A program made the translations under genes and the position numbers. Below, in pieces: positions 46,205 to 55,906 of a stretch of 61,139 bases of DNA. The DNA lies in the NCBI GenBank assembly GCA_001751075.1, contig MAVP01000001.1:1-61139 (forward strand), given 5' to 3'. The stretch's first letter is position 1; each line of letters opens with the position of its first letter. The notes beneath the pieces were generated by a model that did no database searches, was not told where the DNA came from, and saw nothing but the letters and a program-made list of their open reading frames with translations. Origin of the DNA: Desulfobacterales bacterium S7086C20. GTDB taxonomy: Bacteria > Desulfobacterota > Desulfobacteria > Desulfobacterales > C00003060.

Positions 46205-47601
46205 ATCGCTTCACCTACCTTTAGGAGATTTTTTGCCAGGCTTTCCGTGTGAACCTTGTCCACGGCCTTTTCGAGAATCTGTTTTTGTCTTCTACTCCAA
46301 GCTGTTTCATCTCTCGGAGTTCGCAGTTTTAGGGCACCGCCAAGCACTTCTTCCAGTTCCGCCCGCTTTTGGTATACCTGGAACAAGTAGCGTTCTGCCC
46401 GCAATTCGAGGCGAAGAAGGCGAATTTGTGCGTTGATCATGGTATTGAACTCCACCTTGCCCACCTCGTAGGCTGTCAGGGAAGAACGGGCCCACTGTTC
46501 AGCTTGGACCATCAAGGCATCCGCGTAAAGCCGGTAGTTTTTCTGGGTGTTCGTAATCTCGGTGGCAATCGCATCTACACGATGGGGCAGGGTTTCGGCC
46601 AGGTTGCGATAGGCTTTTAGAGCAGCCTCATGTTTCTTCTTGGATGCAGCGAATTTCTTGTCTTGGCGGTTTTTCTGCCACAGTGGAATCTTAAATACCA
46701 CAGAGCCGGACACAAAGTCGGCTCGATCTTGGCCTGTTTCAGTGTCTTCCCGCTGACCATAGGCTACCTTGAAGTCCATGTCAGGCCAGTAGTCTTTCTC
46801 GGCCAGTTTGATCTCAACAGTAGCTCGATCTATGGAAGCTAGTCTTACTTTCAACCAAGGGTTATCTTTGAGAACCTGTTTTTGAAGCAAGTCCACTTCA
46901 AGATCGAGAGCCGGGTAAACAGGACGTTCCGGCGCCTTTACAGAGGAGAAACTCTCTCGGTTCAGCAGGGCGTTGATGCGATCTTCAAGGGTACGGCGTT
47001 TTTTCTCCAACACGATTTTTTCATCAAGAAGCTTGCTCAACTCCACTTGGGCCTGAAGAACGTCCTGTTGAAGACCGACACCGGACGCGTATCGAGTCTC
47101 GGCAACTCTCAGCAGCTGACCGACCATTTCCATCAGGCGACCGTTGATCTCAAGCCCTTTTTTTATTAACCCCAGCTCGTAGTATGTAGTGGCGATTTTC
47201 TTGGCTAGTTCGAGCTTTTTCGCTTTCAACAGGGCTATCTGGCGAGTTGCCTCGAGACCTTGCCGTTGGGACCGGAGATCCAGTTTGCCAAACCATGGAA
47301 CCTTCTGAGCGACAAAAACCTGTTTCTGGGTCATAGCCTCTTGATTAAAATCAAAGGAATCGGTAGGCAAGTTTAGCACAGCGAATCCCAAGCGCAAATC
47401 TTCTAGAGAACCGGCGAAAGGAATCAGTTCCTTGGATGCCTCCACCTGGGCCTGAAGGCTTTGGATGTCTTGGTTCTGTTCCAAACCTTCATCAATTATT
47501 GCCGCCAGGGGTGGTGGCGCCCAAATGACGGTTTCGCCCTGCACACTGCCAGGAAGCATGGCCGGCAGAATCAGAATGCTTACTAACAATAAACGGTTCA
47601 T
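46201..47601 (-). CDS. cusC: TolC-family outer-membrane efflux protein, CusC-like
   Basis: 466 aa with a signal peptide and two OEP repeats. It overlaps cusB by 4 nt. Confidence 0.8.
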   Translation of the reverse strand: MNRLLLVSILILPAMLPGSVQGETVIWAPPPLAAIIDEGLEQNQDIQSLQAQVEASKELIPFAGSLEDLRLGFAVLNLPTDSFDFNQEAMTQKQVFVAQKVPWFGKLDLRSQRQGLEATRQIALLKAKKLELAKKIATTYYELGLIKKGLEINGRLMEMVGQLLRVAETRYASGVGLQQDVLQAQVELSKLLDEKIVLEKKRRTLEDRINALLNRESFSSVKAPERPVYPALDLEVDLLQKQVLKDNPWLKVRLASIDRATVEIKLAEKDYWPDMDFKVAYGQREDTETGQDRADFVSGSVVFKIPLWQKNRQDKKFAASKKKHEAALKAYRNLAETLPHRVDAIATEITNTQKNYRLYADALMVQAEQWARSSLTAYEVGKVEFNTMINAQIRLLRLELRAERYLFQVYQKRAELEEVLGGALKLRTPRDETAWSRRQKQILEKAVDKVHTESLAKNLLKVGEAI

Positions 47602-47850
47602 TTTAGACCTCGCTTCTTTATCTAATGAGAGGCTTCTCCTTTCTCTTTAGCTAATAATGTGCCGATTTTTCGGACCCACTACTAACTATACCAATTTGCT
47701 CGACTATATGTTTTAACAGCATCTTAAAAGAATCCAGTTGATTGCGGCTGTGTAGGGAAATGTGGATAAAAAGTATTCAGTTTATAGTTTCACAAGTATC
47801 CGGCTGGATAAAAAGTATACACCGACCCAACGATTTCCTCAAGCTTTCTT

Positions 47851-48165
47851 CTACAAAAGTCGATACGGAGCTGTTCTCTTGGCCCACTCGCTTGCCGGAT
47901 AGTCGGACCGGAGCTTTTCATAGGCTTCCTTCAGATTCACATTGAAATCCGCTGCTTCGGGTTTCGCGTCGGAAGGCAAACGCACAGGTACCACATGATC
48001 CTGGATGAACTTGATGACTTCGGGGTTCGGATACGTAACTGTATCCATCTGCTGACAGCCAATTCATTTAGGGTTATGGAAGTCGAGAAACACGGGTTTG
48101 TGATCGCCTTGAGCCCGATAGATTGCTGCGCCTAGATTAGTTTCCTATTCAATCCTGTTTACCAT
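47851..48165 (-). pseudogene. Thioredoxin-like UxxC selenoprotein gene, apparently decayed (in-frame TAG plus probable internal deletion)
   Basis: GGGAGG RBS with ATG at 48165. The translation reads MVNRIE-TAG-ETNLGAAIYRAQGDHKPVFLDFHNPK-TGA-IGCQQMDTVTYPNPEVIKFIQDHVVPVRL... TAG is at 48145..48147 and TGA at 48064..48066. Confidence 0.55.
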
Positions 48166-48232
48166 TTTTACGCCTCCCTGCTTTATGGTCTAACAAAGGA
48201 CTGGATAGCACTTAGTTCTTCTTCAGGGAGAT

Positions 48233-48316
48233 TAATATAGTTGGCGCGCTAGTAAATAGGGTAAACCATGTATTTTGCGAAAGAACGTACTGTACTTTCG
48301 CAGGAGAGACTTCAGG
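48233..48316 (+). repeat. Family E 84-nt repeat, copy 1 (contains an 8-bp hairpin at 48276..48302)
   Basis: Roughly 85% identical by eye to 54698..54781 (TAATATAGTT..AGTAAATAGGGTAAA..TGTATTTTGCGAAAGAAC.TACTGTA.TTT.GCA.GAGAGACTTCAGG). Confidence 0.8.
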
Positions 48317-48376
48317 TATCAAGTTCACCAAGAACGAGTAAGGGTTAGGTCTGGGTCAGCTGCATGGAGGGTGGCC

Positions 48377-49714
48377 TCATTCCTTGGTCAGAGTTTCCTG
48401 AAGGCATAAGCTTGCCAGAAATGCAATGAGGCCGCAGACAAAAAGAACAAGAAAGGCCTGCTTGTAGCCAGCCAAAGTGAAAGCATCTTCCACGCGGCCG
48501 TGGCTTTCAAGGATATATCCAAGCAAGGGTTGAAATACGGCCCCTCCAGCAAAAGGGAAGATGTTGACCAAGCCGGTGGATGTCCCTGCTATTTGGACGG
48601 GAAACAGTTCCTTTGTGGTCGTAAAGCCGATCACTACGATGGCGCTGGAAAAGATGCCGAAGCCAAAGCATATGCAGTAAAGGCCGAAATGGGACAGTTC
48701 ATCCGTGTAGAAGGCCAGCAGAGCAGTAAGGCAAAACAAGAAGAAGCTCGACACTATCAGCACCGGCTTTCGCCCTTTAAAAATCCGGTTGGATAAGAAA
48801 CTGAGCAGTGGACTTCCCACGATCATGCCCACAGCCAACATGGAAAGGATCTGGCCCGCCTGAGCTTTTGTGAGGCCGTATACCTGCATGAGATATGGCC
48901 CCCCCCAGAGCCCGCCGAAGGAGAAAAAGACCCCACAGTCAAAGAAGAACCAGATTGCAACAGGCCAAAACCGCGGATACGTTAGTACTCTTTTCATGCC
49001 TTCCCACAGCCCAATGTTCTGAGGAGAGGGTCCAGAAGACTCTGAAGGAGAAGGCCATCCCAGGTCAGCAGGCCGATCCCGCACAAACAGCCATACCAGG
49101 ATCGCCAACAGCAGGGTAACAATACCGACAGCTACAAAAGAAAAGCGCCAACCTATCATGGTGCTGATCAAGGCCAAGGGAGTGGCTGCAGCCAGAGTAC
49201 CGACACCTCCCATGGCCATGAGAATGCCGGTCATGGTGGCAAATTCCCTCACTCGAAACCATTCTGCCAGTACCTTCATGGTTGGCACGAAGAGCATGGA
49301 AACACCTAACCCCACCAGGGTACGTCCAATGATTGCCCACAAGAGTGAAGGTGCGAGTCCCAACAGGAGGGACCCCGCAAAAGCCAAAGTAAAAAACAAC
49401 GTAATAGTTCGCCGAGGCCCCCAGGAATCGGAAAGAAGGCCGGCGGGCAACTGCATGATTGCATAAGGATAGAAATAGGCTGAGCCCAGAAGACCAAGCA
49501 TGGCGCCTCCAGCCTGGAGATCATGCATCATATCCACAGCTACTACTGCCGGGCAGAGGCGGTGGAAATAGACCAGAATATAACTCGCTGCGAGAACCCA
49601 AAAAATGAGCCAGCGATAGCGAAGGGCTTTGTGCAAAAGTTCGGACATTGTGCTATCCGCGTTCCTGGTTTTGGTTTCCGATGGGTATTGAGATTTTATG
49701 TCGCTGGTTTTCAT
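48377..49714 (-). CDS. MFS transporter (GlpT/UhpC-like signature)
   Basis: 12-TM pattern with GLLSDSWGPRRT. The start is 49714 or 49648. Confidence 0.75.
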   Translation of the reverse strand: MKTSDIKSQYPSETKTRNADSTMSELLHKALRYRWLIFWVLAASYILVYFHRLCPAVVAVDMMHDLQAGGAMLGLLGSAYFYPYAIMQLPAGLLSDSWGPRRTITLFFTLAFAGSLLLGLAPSLLWAIIGRTLVGLGVSMLFVPTMKVLAEWFRVREFATMTGILMAMGGVGTLAAATPLALISTMIGWRFSFVAVGIVTLLLAILVWLFVRDRPADLGWPSPSESSGPSPQNIGLWEGMKRVLTYPRFWPVAIWFFFDCGVFFSFGGLWGGPYLMQVYGLTKAQAGQILSMLAVGMIVGSPLLSFLSNRIFKGRKPVLIVSSFFLFCLTALLAFYTDELSHFGLYCICFGFGIFSSAIVVIGFTTTKELFPVQIAGTSTGLVNIFPFAGGAVFQPLLGYILESHGRVEDAFTLAGYKQAFLVLFVCGLIAFLASLCLQETLTKE

Positions 49715-49768
49715 TGGGAGAGATGCCAGCTTGACAAAGGACCTCCATTTATGGATGGCAACACTAGG

Positions 49769-50941
49769 CTAAGCCTCCTTCCCGGATTGTCCCCAGAAGG
49801 GTGATAGCGATCTCAGTCGTTCGATAATCGGAGGTAGCTTTTCTATGATAAAATCGATTTCTTCTTCGGTGTTATACACACTCAGGCTAAAGCGAATAGA
49901 ACCGTGTGCCGCGGTAAAAGGTACGCCCATAGCTCGAAGCACATGAGATGGCTCCAATGAACCTGACGTACATGCCGAACCTGAAGATGCGCTAATACCG
50001 AACTCGTTCATCATCAGCAGGATCGCCTCACCTTCCACATACTCAAAACTGATATTGGTCGTATTAGGAAGGCGATTATCACGATCTCCGTTAACCAAGG
50101 CGTTAGGAATCTCCTTCAGGATTTGTCTTTCTAGTTTATCTCTCAGGTATTTTACGTGCTCGTTTTGCCCCTTCAAGTGCTCCACGGCCAATTCACAGGC
50201 CTTTCCCAGTCCAATGATTGACGCGACATTTTCGGTCCCACCCCTTCGTCCTCCTTCTTGATGTCCTCCCATCAGAAGCGGAGAAAACTTAGTCCCTTTC
50301 CGGACATAAAGCGCACCAATTCCCTTCGGCCCGTGGATTTTGTGCCCTGAAAGAGAAAGCATGTCGACGGGCACTTCTCGGACATCCACTGGGATCTTTC
50401 CCACAGCCTGCACCGCATCCGAGTGGAAAACAATGCCTCTATCTCGTGCCATCTCAGCGATCTCTCCAACAGGGAACACAACTCCAGTTTCGTTATTGGC
50501 CCACATGATGCTGATAATGGCAGTATCGTCTGAAAGGCTTTTCTGTAGATACTCCAAGCCCAGTCTCCCTTGCCGGTCCACTGGCAGAAAGGTCACCCGA
50601 TATCCGCGCTTACTAAGATACTCACCAAGATTTTTGACTGCGGGATGCTCAACGCGCGTAGTAACAATATGTTTCTTTCCAGGATTTGACTCTATTGCCG
50701 CTTTGATGGCCGTGTTATCGCTTTCTGTTCCACAACTTGTAAATATTATCTCATCTGGTGTCGCGCCGACGAGGTCAGCTACTTTTTCCCTGGCCTCTGT
50801 CAATTTAACGGCTACCTGACCACCAAAACTGTGCATGCTCGATGGATTCCCATAAAGATCATGAAAATAGGGAAGCATCTCTTCTAAGACCTCAGACGCA
50901 ACCTGAGTAGTGGCATTGTTGTCGGTGTAGATGACTTTCAT
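49769..50941 (-). CDS. nifS: Cysteine desulfurase NifS
   Basis: SGHKIHGPKG (PLP lysine) and SSGSACTSG (active-site Cys). Confidence 0.9.
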   Translation of the reverse strand: MKVIYTDNNATTQVASEVLEEMLPYFHDLYGNPSSMHSFGGQVAVKLTEAREKVADLVGATPDEIIFTSCGTESDNTAIKAAIESNPGKKHIVTTRVEHPAVKNLGEYLSKRGYRVTFLPVDRQGRLGLEYLQKSLSDDTAIISIMWANNETGVVFPVGEIAEMARDRGIVFHSDAVQAVGKIPVDVREVPVDMLSLSGHKIHGPKGIGALYVRKGTKFSPLLMGGHQEGGRRGGTENVASIIGLGKACELAVEHLKGQNEHVKYLRDKLERQILKEIPNALVNGDRDNRLPNTTNISFEYVEGEAILLMMNEFGISASSGSACTSGSLEPSHVLRAMGVPFTAAHGSIRFSLSVYNTEEEIDFIIEKLPPIIERLRSLSPFWGQSGKEA

Positions 50942-51768
50942 TATTGTATCTCCTCTACAACCAGTTCTGGTGTAACCAGATCACGCAACTTAGACTCTAC
51001 ATAGTGCTTAAGCGTGACCTCTGAGGCGGCACAAGTGGCACACGTTCCATGCAGCCGCACAAAAACAGTGTTCCCGTCCACGTCGACGAGATCTATATCA
51101 CCTCCGTCCTTCTTCAGAGAAGGCTTGATCTCTCGTTCCAAGGTTTCTTCGATGAGTTTGATCTTTTGGATATTAGTCAAGCCTGTTGGCTTATGCTGTA
51201 CGACATGAGACTTACCATGGACTTGATCAATAATTTCCTGGATTCTCTCGTGACAACTTTCGCACCCGCCTCCAGCCTTGGTGTAATCGGTTACATCTTC
51301 CACAGTCATCAGGTTGTCTTCACGCACGACCCGCTCGATTTCCACGTCAGTAATTCCAAAACATTCACAGACAACGTTACCTTCAATCTTTTTCTCAGGC
51401 CGGCCATGATAATGCGCAATCGCCTTTTCTAAGGCGTCTCGTCCCATAACGGAACAATGCATTTTTTCTTTTGGAAGTCCACCAAGGTAATCGGCAATAT
51501 CTTGGTTGGTAATCTTCTCGGCATCCTCTAAGGTCATTCCCTTGACCATTTCTGTCAGTGCAGATGAAGAAGCGATGGCACTGGCACATCCAAACGTCTG
51601 AAATTTGACGTCCTTGATTCGCTTCTGCTCATCAACTTTGAACGTTAGCTTTAAGGCATCACCACAAGCAAGCGAACCTACCTCGCCCACCCCGTCAGGA
51701 TCGTCGACTTCGCCGACGTTTCGAGGATTCAAAAAGTGCTCTTTCACCTCGTCTGTATAATCCCACAT
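50941..51768 (-). CDS. nifU: Three-domain Fe-S scaffold NifU
   Basis: IscU-like N-terminus (GSLACGD, FGCASAIASS, HCS), a central 2Fe-2S Cys block, and a C-terminal NifU domain (GTCATCAAS). Confidence 0.9.
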   Translation of the reverse strand: MWDYTDEVKEHFLNPRNVGEVDDPDGVGEVGSLACGDALKLTFKVDEQKRIKDVKFQTFGCASAIASSSALTEMVKGMTLEDAEKITNQDIADYLGGLPKEKMHCSVMGRDALEKAIAHYHGRPEKKIEGNVVCECFGITDVEIERVVREDNLMTVEDVTDYTKAGGGCESCHERIQEIIDQVHGKSHVVQHKPTGLTNIQKIKLIEETLEREIKPSLKKDGGDIDLVDVDGNTVFVRLHGTCATCAASEVTLKHYVESKLRDLVTPELVVEEIQ

Positions 51769-51909
51769 TGTCTGTTTCTCCTTCTAATATGAACGTGGAC
51801 TAGTTATCTTCTGCTCAGAGCCAATCAACGTACCATTCTCTGAGTTTGTCTTCCATAGGCCCTACTCAATATCATAAGTATTTCTCCAATAAAAGGGACT
51901 TGGCCTTCT

Positions 51910-52836
51910 TCACCCATTGAACAGATCGGTGCTTATGTAACGTTCACCGGTGCTGGGAATCACGACTACGATTTGTTTTCCAGTATTTTCAGAGCGCTTT
52001 GCGACTTCCAGAGCAGCCCATACCGCTGCCCCCGAAGATATTCCGCACAGGATCCCCTCTTGCTTTGACAGCTGCCTTGCTGTGCTAAATGCGTTCTCGT
52101 TGGTTACTTTGACAACATCGTCAATAATATTGACGTTCAGGATATCGGGAACAAAACCTGCCCCGATCCCTTGTATTTTGTGGGGGCCCGGGTTTCCCCC
52201 GGAAAGCACAGGGGAATCTTGTGGTTCGACTGCGATGGCTTTGAAGGAAGGTTTACGTTCCTTGATAACTTCCGACACTCCTGTAATGGTCCCTCCAGTC
52301 CCGACACCCGCAACCAAGATGTCCACTGCGCCGTCAGTATCACGCCAGATTTCTTCAGCAGTGGTCTCACGGTGTATTTGTGGATTGGCTGGATTCTTGA
52401 ACTGGTCAGGCATATACGCCCCCTTGGTTTTCGACAGGATCTCTTGTGCTTTCAAAATGGCCCCTTTCATTCCCTCGCTACCGGGAGTTAACACCACTTC
52501 TGCTCCCAGGTGTTTTAACAGCTTCCTTCTTTCAACACTCATAGTATCAGGCATGGTTAGGCAAAGCTTATAACCTTTAGCGGCGCAAACAAAGGCCAAT
52601 GCAATTCCTGTATTACCACTCGTTGGCTCCACAATCAGCGTGTCAGAAGTGATAAGCCCCTCACGTTCTGCGGCTCCAATCATTGCAACGCCTATGCGAT
52701 CTTTCACACTGCCAACGGGATTGAAGAACTCCAGTTTAGCAAGTATGTCGGCCTCGATCCCCTTGGTCATATTATTCAACCTGACCATGGGCGTATTCCC
52801 GATGGTCGTCTCGATATCAGAAAAAATCTTACTCAT
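51910..52836 (-). CDS. cysK: Cysteine synthase A (O-acetylserine sulfhydrylase)
   Basis: [42 protein letters not shown] at 52836 follows AGGTGG. Confidence 0.9.
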   Translation of the reverse strand: MSKIFSDIETTIGNTPMVRLNNMTKGIEADILAKLEFFNPVGSVKDRIGVAMIGAAEREGLITSDTLIVEPTSGNTGIALAFVCAAKGYKLCLTMPDTMSVERRKLLKHLGAEVVLTPGSEGMKGAILKAQEILSKTKGAYMPDQFKNPANPQIHRETTAEEIWRDTDGAVDILVAGVGTGGTITGVSEVIKERKPSFKAIAVEPQDSPVLSGGNPGPHKIQGIGAGFVPDILNVNIIDDVVKVTNENAFSTARQLSKQEGILCGISSGAAVWAALEVAKRSENTGKQIVVVIPSTGERYISTDLFNG

Positions 52837-52905
52837 AATATCCACCTGCTCGGTATGTTACATGCCATGGCAGTTCTAAAGAAAGAATTCAAAACAGCTA
52901 TCAAG

Positions 52906-53880
52906 CTACTTAAAGATTAACCGAGGTGCCTCTAAGAAGACCTTCGTACCCGGAGGGACCGGTTCTGTTATCCAGACGTTGCCGCCGATTACGGAGCGTG
53001 CTCCAATGACGGCCTTTTCACCCAAAATAGTCGCCCCTGCGTAAATGATGACATCATCTTCGACAGTCGGATGCCGTTTCTTTTCCCTCAGGTTCTCGAC
53101 AGCTTTTTGGGAAAGCGACAAAGCCCCCAAAGTGACTCCCTGGTATAGCCTCACATTCTTGCCAATCACCGCTGTCTCCCCAATCACGATGCCCGTGCCG
53201 TGATCGATGAAAAAGCTTTCTCCGATTTGGGCGCCCGGATGAATATCAATTCCTGTAATGCTGTGAGCATATTCCGTCATAATCCGAGGAAGTAAGGGGA
53301 TCTTTCGTACAAACAGTTGGTGGGCTATCCGATAGACCATGATGGCAAAGATTCCTGGATAGCTGAAAACAATCTCGTCGTAACTCTTGGCCGCAGGATC
53401 TCCATCGTATGCAGCGCGCACATCGGTACCCAAGACCTTGCGCATCTCAGGAATAGCCCCTAAGAATCTTAGAGCCTCTTCGTAACCAAGCCCGACACAC
53501 TCGATACAGGGTTGATCATAACGAAGGCATTCATGTCGAAGGCTATGAGTGATCTGTTGGGAAACAATCTGGGACAGGGCATCAACGGACTGGCCCATTT
53601 GGTATTTTAGATTAGTATAATCGATGTTTTCTTTGCTGAAGTATCCCGGGAAAAGAAGTTCTCGTAGTCGTTTTACTATTTCAATAACCGCCTTTCGAGA
53701 AGGGATCAATTCGGCATGGATGTGCTTAAAACACGCCTCGTCATGACAGCTTTCCACGATATCATCGATAATGCGTGGCAGTTGTTCTCTAAAGTCCGTG
53801 CGGGTTTTGAATCCGGCCTTGCATACTTCCACAGGGTTCTTCGAGTTTTGGGTTTGTGTCATGACATTGGTCCCCTGCAA
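52906..53880 (-). CDS. cysE: Serine O-acetyltransferase (long form)
   Basis: Hexapeptide region IDIHPGAQIGESFFIDHGTGIVIGETAVIG. Confidence 0.85.
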   Translation of the reverse strand: MQGTNVMTQTQNSKNPVEVCKAGFKTRTDFREQLPRIIDDIVESCHDEACFKHIHAELIPSRKAVIEIVKRLRELLFPGYFSKENIDYTNLKYQMGQSVDALSQIVSQQITHSLRHECLRYDQPCIECVGLGYEEALRFLGAIPEMRKVLGTDVRAAYDGDPAAKSYDEIVFSYPGIFAIMVYRIAHQLFVRKIPLLPRIMTEYAHSITGIDIHPGAQIGESFFIDHGTGIVIGETAVIGKNVRLYQGVTLGALSLSQKAVENLREKKRHPTVEDDVIIYAGATILGEKAVIGARSVIGGNVWITEPVPPGTKVFLEAPRLIFK

Positions 53881-54249
53881 GAAAATGAACTTCGAAGCAA
53901 GCGTCCTATTAATCCTCGCATATTCGGAATATAGTCCTTCTTATTACTACGGCAATTAATTACCTTGATGTTGTCATTCCGGAGAAAGCCGGGCACGTAG
54001 TGTGATGTTTTGGCGCAACAGTTAGCGCTATCCAGGCAGATACTGGATGCCGGATCAAGTCCGGCATGACAGGATGGGTATATTTTGTTGCCTGGTTAAT
54101 AACTGGGGTATATTTTTTCTTTCCTTTTACAGTCTCACCGGAGTTTAATCCAACGTGAACAAGTTCATGTCCGGCGTTTTGGAAATTATTTGCCGGCTCG
54201 GTATATTCTGAATCCTCAAATAGATCTGCTATAATATAGGAAAGCCTGT

Positions 54250-54504
54250 CTAATCTGGCATCCTTTCTATATTCGCCCTTAGTTGTGCGACCTGCAGACC
54301 GAGGGAAACACACTGTTTGCCTTCAACACATTGATCAGCTTCTTGTAGTTCCAAATGTGTCTTGAGTTCGTGTTCCCCCTTTTTTAAATCCACAACCCAT
54401 GCCTTTTTTGCCTCGTCATACTCAACGTCCACATCGATGCCGCATTCACCAATGTCAGGGTAGATCTCTCTGATTTTCTCACACAGTTGTTTTTTGTCAT
54501 ACAT
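54250..54504 (-). CDS. Small (84 aa) Cys-containing protein of unknown function
   Basis: Strong RBS (AAAGGAGGACAAGACG before the ATG). It contains 4 Cys. No family was recognised. Confidence 0.55.
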   Translation of the reverse strand: MYDKKQLCEKIREIYPDIGECGIDVDVEYDEAKKAWVVDLKKGEHELKTHLELQEADQCVEGKQCVSLGLQVAQLRANIERMPD

Positions 54505-54611
54505 CGTCTTGTCCTCCTTTTCTTAGGATGGTTATCACGCTTTTCACTTTGCCCTTCCTTTTTGGACGGACACCGGCTTTCAGATATCCCGTCGGAGTCA
54601 AGGAGTTCGTG

Positions 54612-54666
54612 AATTGGAAACTTACGCCAGTGCCCATCAATTAGTTTGCTGTTTATGGATGGGCAC
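54612..54666. repeat. Family D partial copy (55 nt)
   Basis: AATTGGAAACTTACGCCAGTGCCCAT...TGGATGGGCAC matches 21161..21215. Confidence 0.75.
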
Positions 54667-54697
54667 TAGCTAAGGGCTGATTGCTCCACATGTAGAC

Positions 54698-54781
54698 TAA
54701 TATAGTTTACGCAACAGTAAATAGGGTAAATCCTGTATTTTGCGAAAGAACATACTGTATTTTTGCATGAGAGACTTCAGG
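54698..54781 (+). repeat. Family E 84-nt repeat, copy 2 (hairpin 54741..54767)
   Basis: Matches 48233..48316. The hairpin is retained with two G-U wobbles when read on the + strand. Confidence 0.8.
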
Positions 54782-54877
54782 CTGAAAAATTCTCTGGGAT
54801 ACCTCTACCGTACTGCTCATCCTATCGAAGGCAACCCTTGAGCTAATTGAACCCGCAAAAACTCGATTTCTAGATTA

Positions 54878-55906
54878 CTACTCGTTGCCATCTTCAGAAT
54901 AATCTCTGTGGAACCCTTGGAATACGATTTCTCCTTTCGGGTTAAAGGTAACCTCATACGAGAAGGGTCTTCTCCCCTGGATGCCCCCAAAACGCAAATC
55001 GAAGAATGTAACTCGATGCCGACCATTGCGACTCGCCTCGTATCTAACCACCGGGAATCGCGCAAACCAGAAGAACGTCTTGACACCTTCCAAGACCAGA
55101 GCCTGTTTCACCCAAGAAGATTTGTCAAGCATATGCCAGGATTTATAGGAGAGCTCTTTTGTCGGCTGATACTGTGCCCAGACTTTGCTCAACAGACTAC
55201 TCTTGGAGTTGGCAGCACGTTCATACTTTCCGACCAGGTTGACCAATCCTCTGTGGATAGTGTCCGTTGTGACAATATAATTCGCCCAGTGAAAAGGGGA
55301 GAGGGGCTGTGGGAGAGATGCAATGTTCTTGGCCTTCAGCTCGTGCTCACTAGCATAGCTCTTTGCCAAGGACAAAGCCCAGAAGTGATTGCCGGCACAC
55401 AAGAGGATGTACGAGGTTGCCAAAGCTGCCGATAGCCTCGCAAGCATCTTACTCTTGTTTCTCCAAATCTGCATGGCGAGTAGGGAGAGCAGAAACACGC
55501 CGGTTAAGAACAAGTCGATGATGAAGACCCAATCTAGCGTGAAGCGTTCCCAGGACAATGGGCTCAATATCATCGTACCATAGGACGTGAGAAGATCGAG
55601 AAAGGTGTGAACCAAAATCTCTACCAACCAGATCAGGAAAAAGGTCCAGTACCTGTTCTTTCCTGAGATCTTCTTAAACAGCCACGCAAAAAAGAGAGAA
55701 AATGGAACCACCAGAAAGAGTGAGTTGGTAATTCCTCGATGATACATCAGGGTGAATTCAGTTCCGAAAAAAGGTTCCAAGAGGCCGTCTACATCCGGGA
55801 ACACCGAGGCCAACACGCCGGCAGCCACACCCCACTTCCCAGTGTCTCCGGTCAAGCCTGTCTTGGCAACGACGTATCCAGCAAGAGCATGGGTGACTGT
55901 ATCCAT
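54878..55906 (-). CDS. Membrane-bound metal-dependent hydrolase (YdjM/YbcI, DUF457-like) with an extended C-terminal domain
   Basis: MDTVTHALAGYVVAKTG N-terminus and multiple TM helices. Confidence 0.65.
   Translation of the reverse strand: MDTVTHALAGYVVAKTGLTGDTGKWGVAAGVLASVFPDVDGLLEPFFGTEFTLMYHRGITNSLFLVVPFSLFFAWLFKKISGKNRYWTFFLIWLVEILVHTFLDLLTSYGTMILSPLSWERFTLDWVFIIDLFLTGVFLLSLLAMQIWRNKSKMLARLSAALATSYILLCAGNHFWALSLAKSYASEHELKAKNIASLPQPLSPFHWANYIVTTDTIHRGLVNLVGKYERAANSKSSLLSKVWAQYQPTKELSYKSWHMLDKSSWVKQALVLEGVKTFFWFARFPVVRYEASRNGRHRVTFFDLRFGGIQGRRPFSYEVTFNPKGEIVFQGFHRDYSEDGNE

Noticed and set aside
48145-48147. In-frame TAG in the thioredoxin-like gene read as pyrrolysine
   Set aside because: There is no Pyl context or pyl genes in the window, and the position is one where I would expect a Trp. 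A TGG-to-TAG nonsense change or a sequencing error is more parsimonious.
53960-54313. 117-aa ORF containing HELVH (HExxH-like)
   Set aside because: Its only ATG overlaps the upstream gene by 64 nt in another frame. The C-terminal half reads through hairpin repeat DNA (GTCATTCCGGAGAAAGCCGG, ATGCCGGATCAAGTCCGGCAT). No metalloprotease context was recognised.
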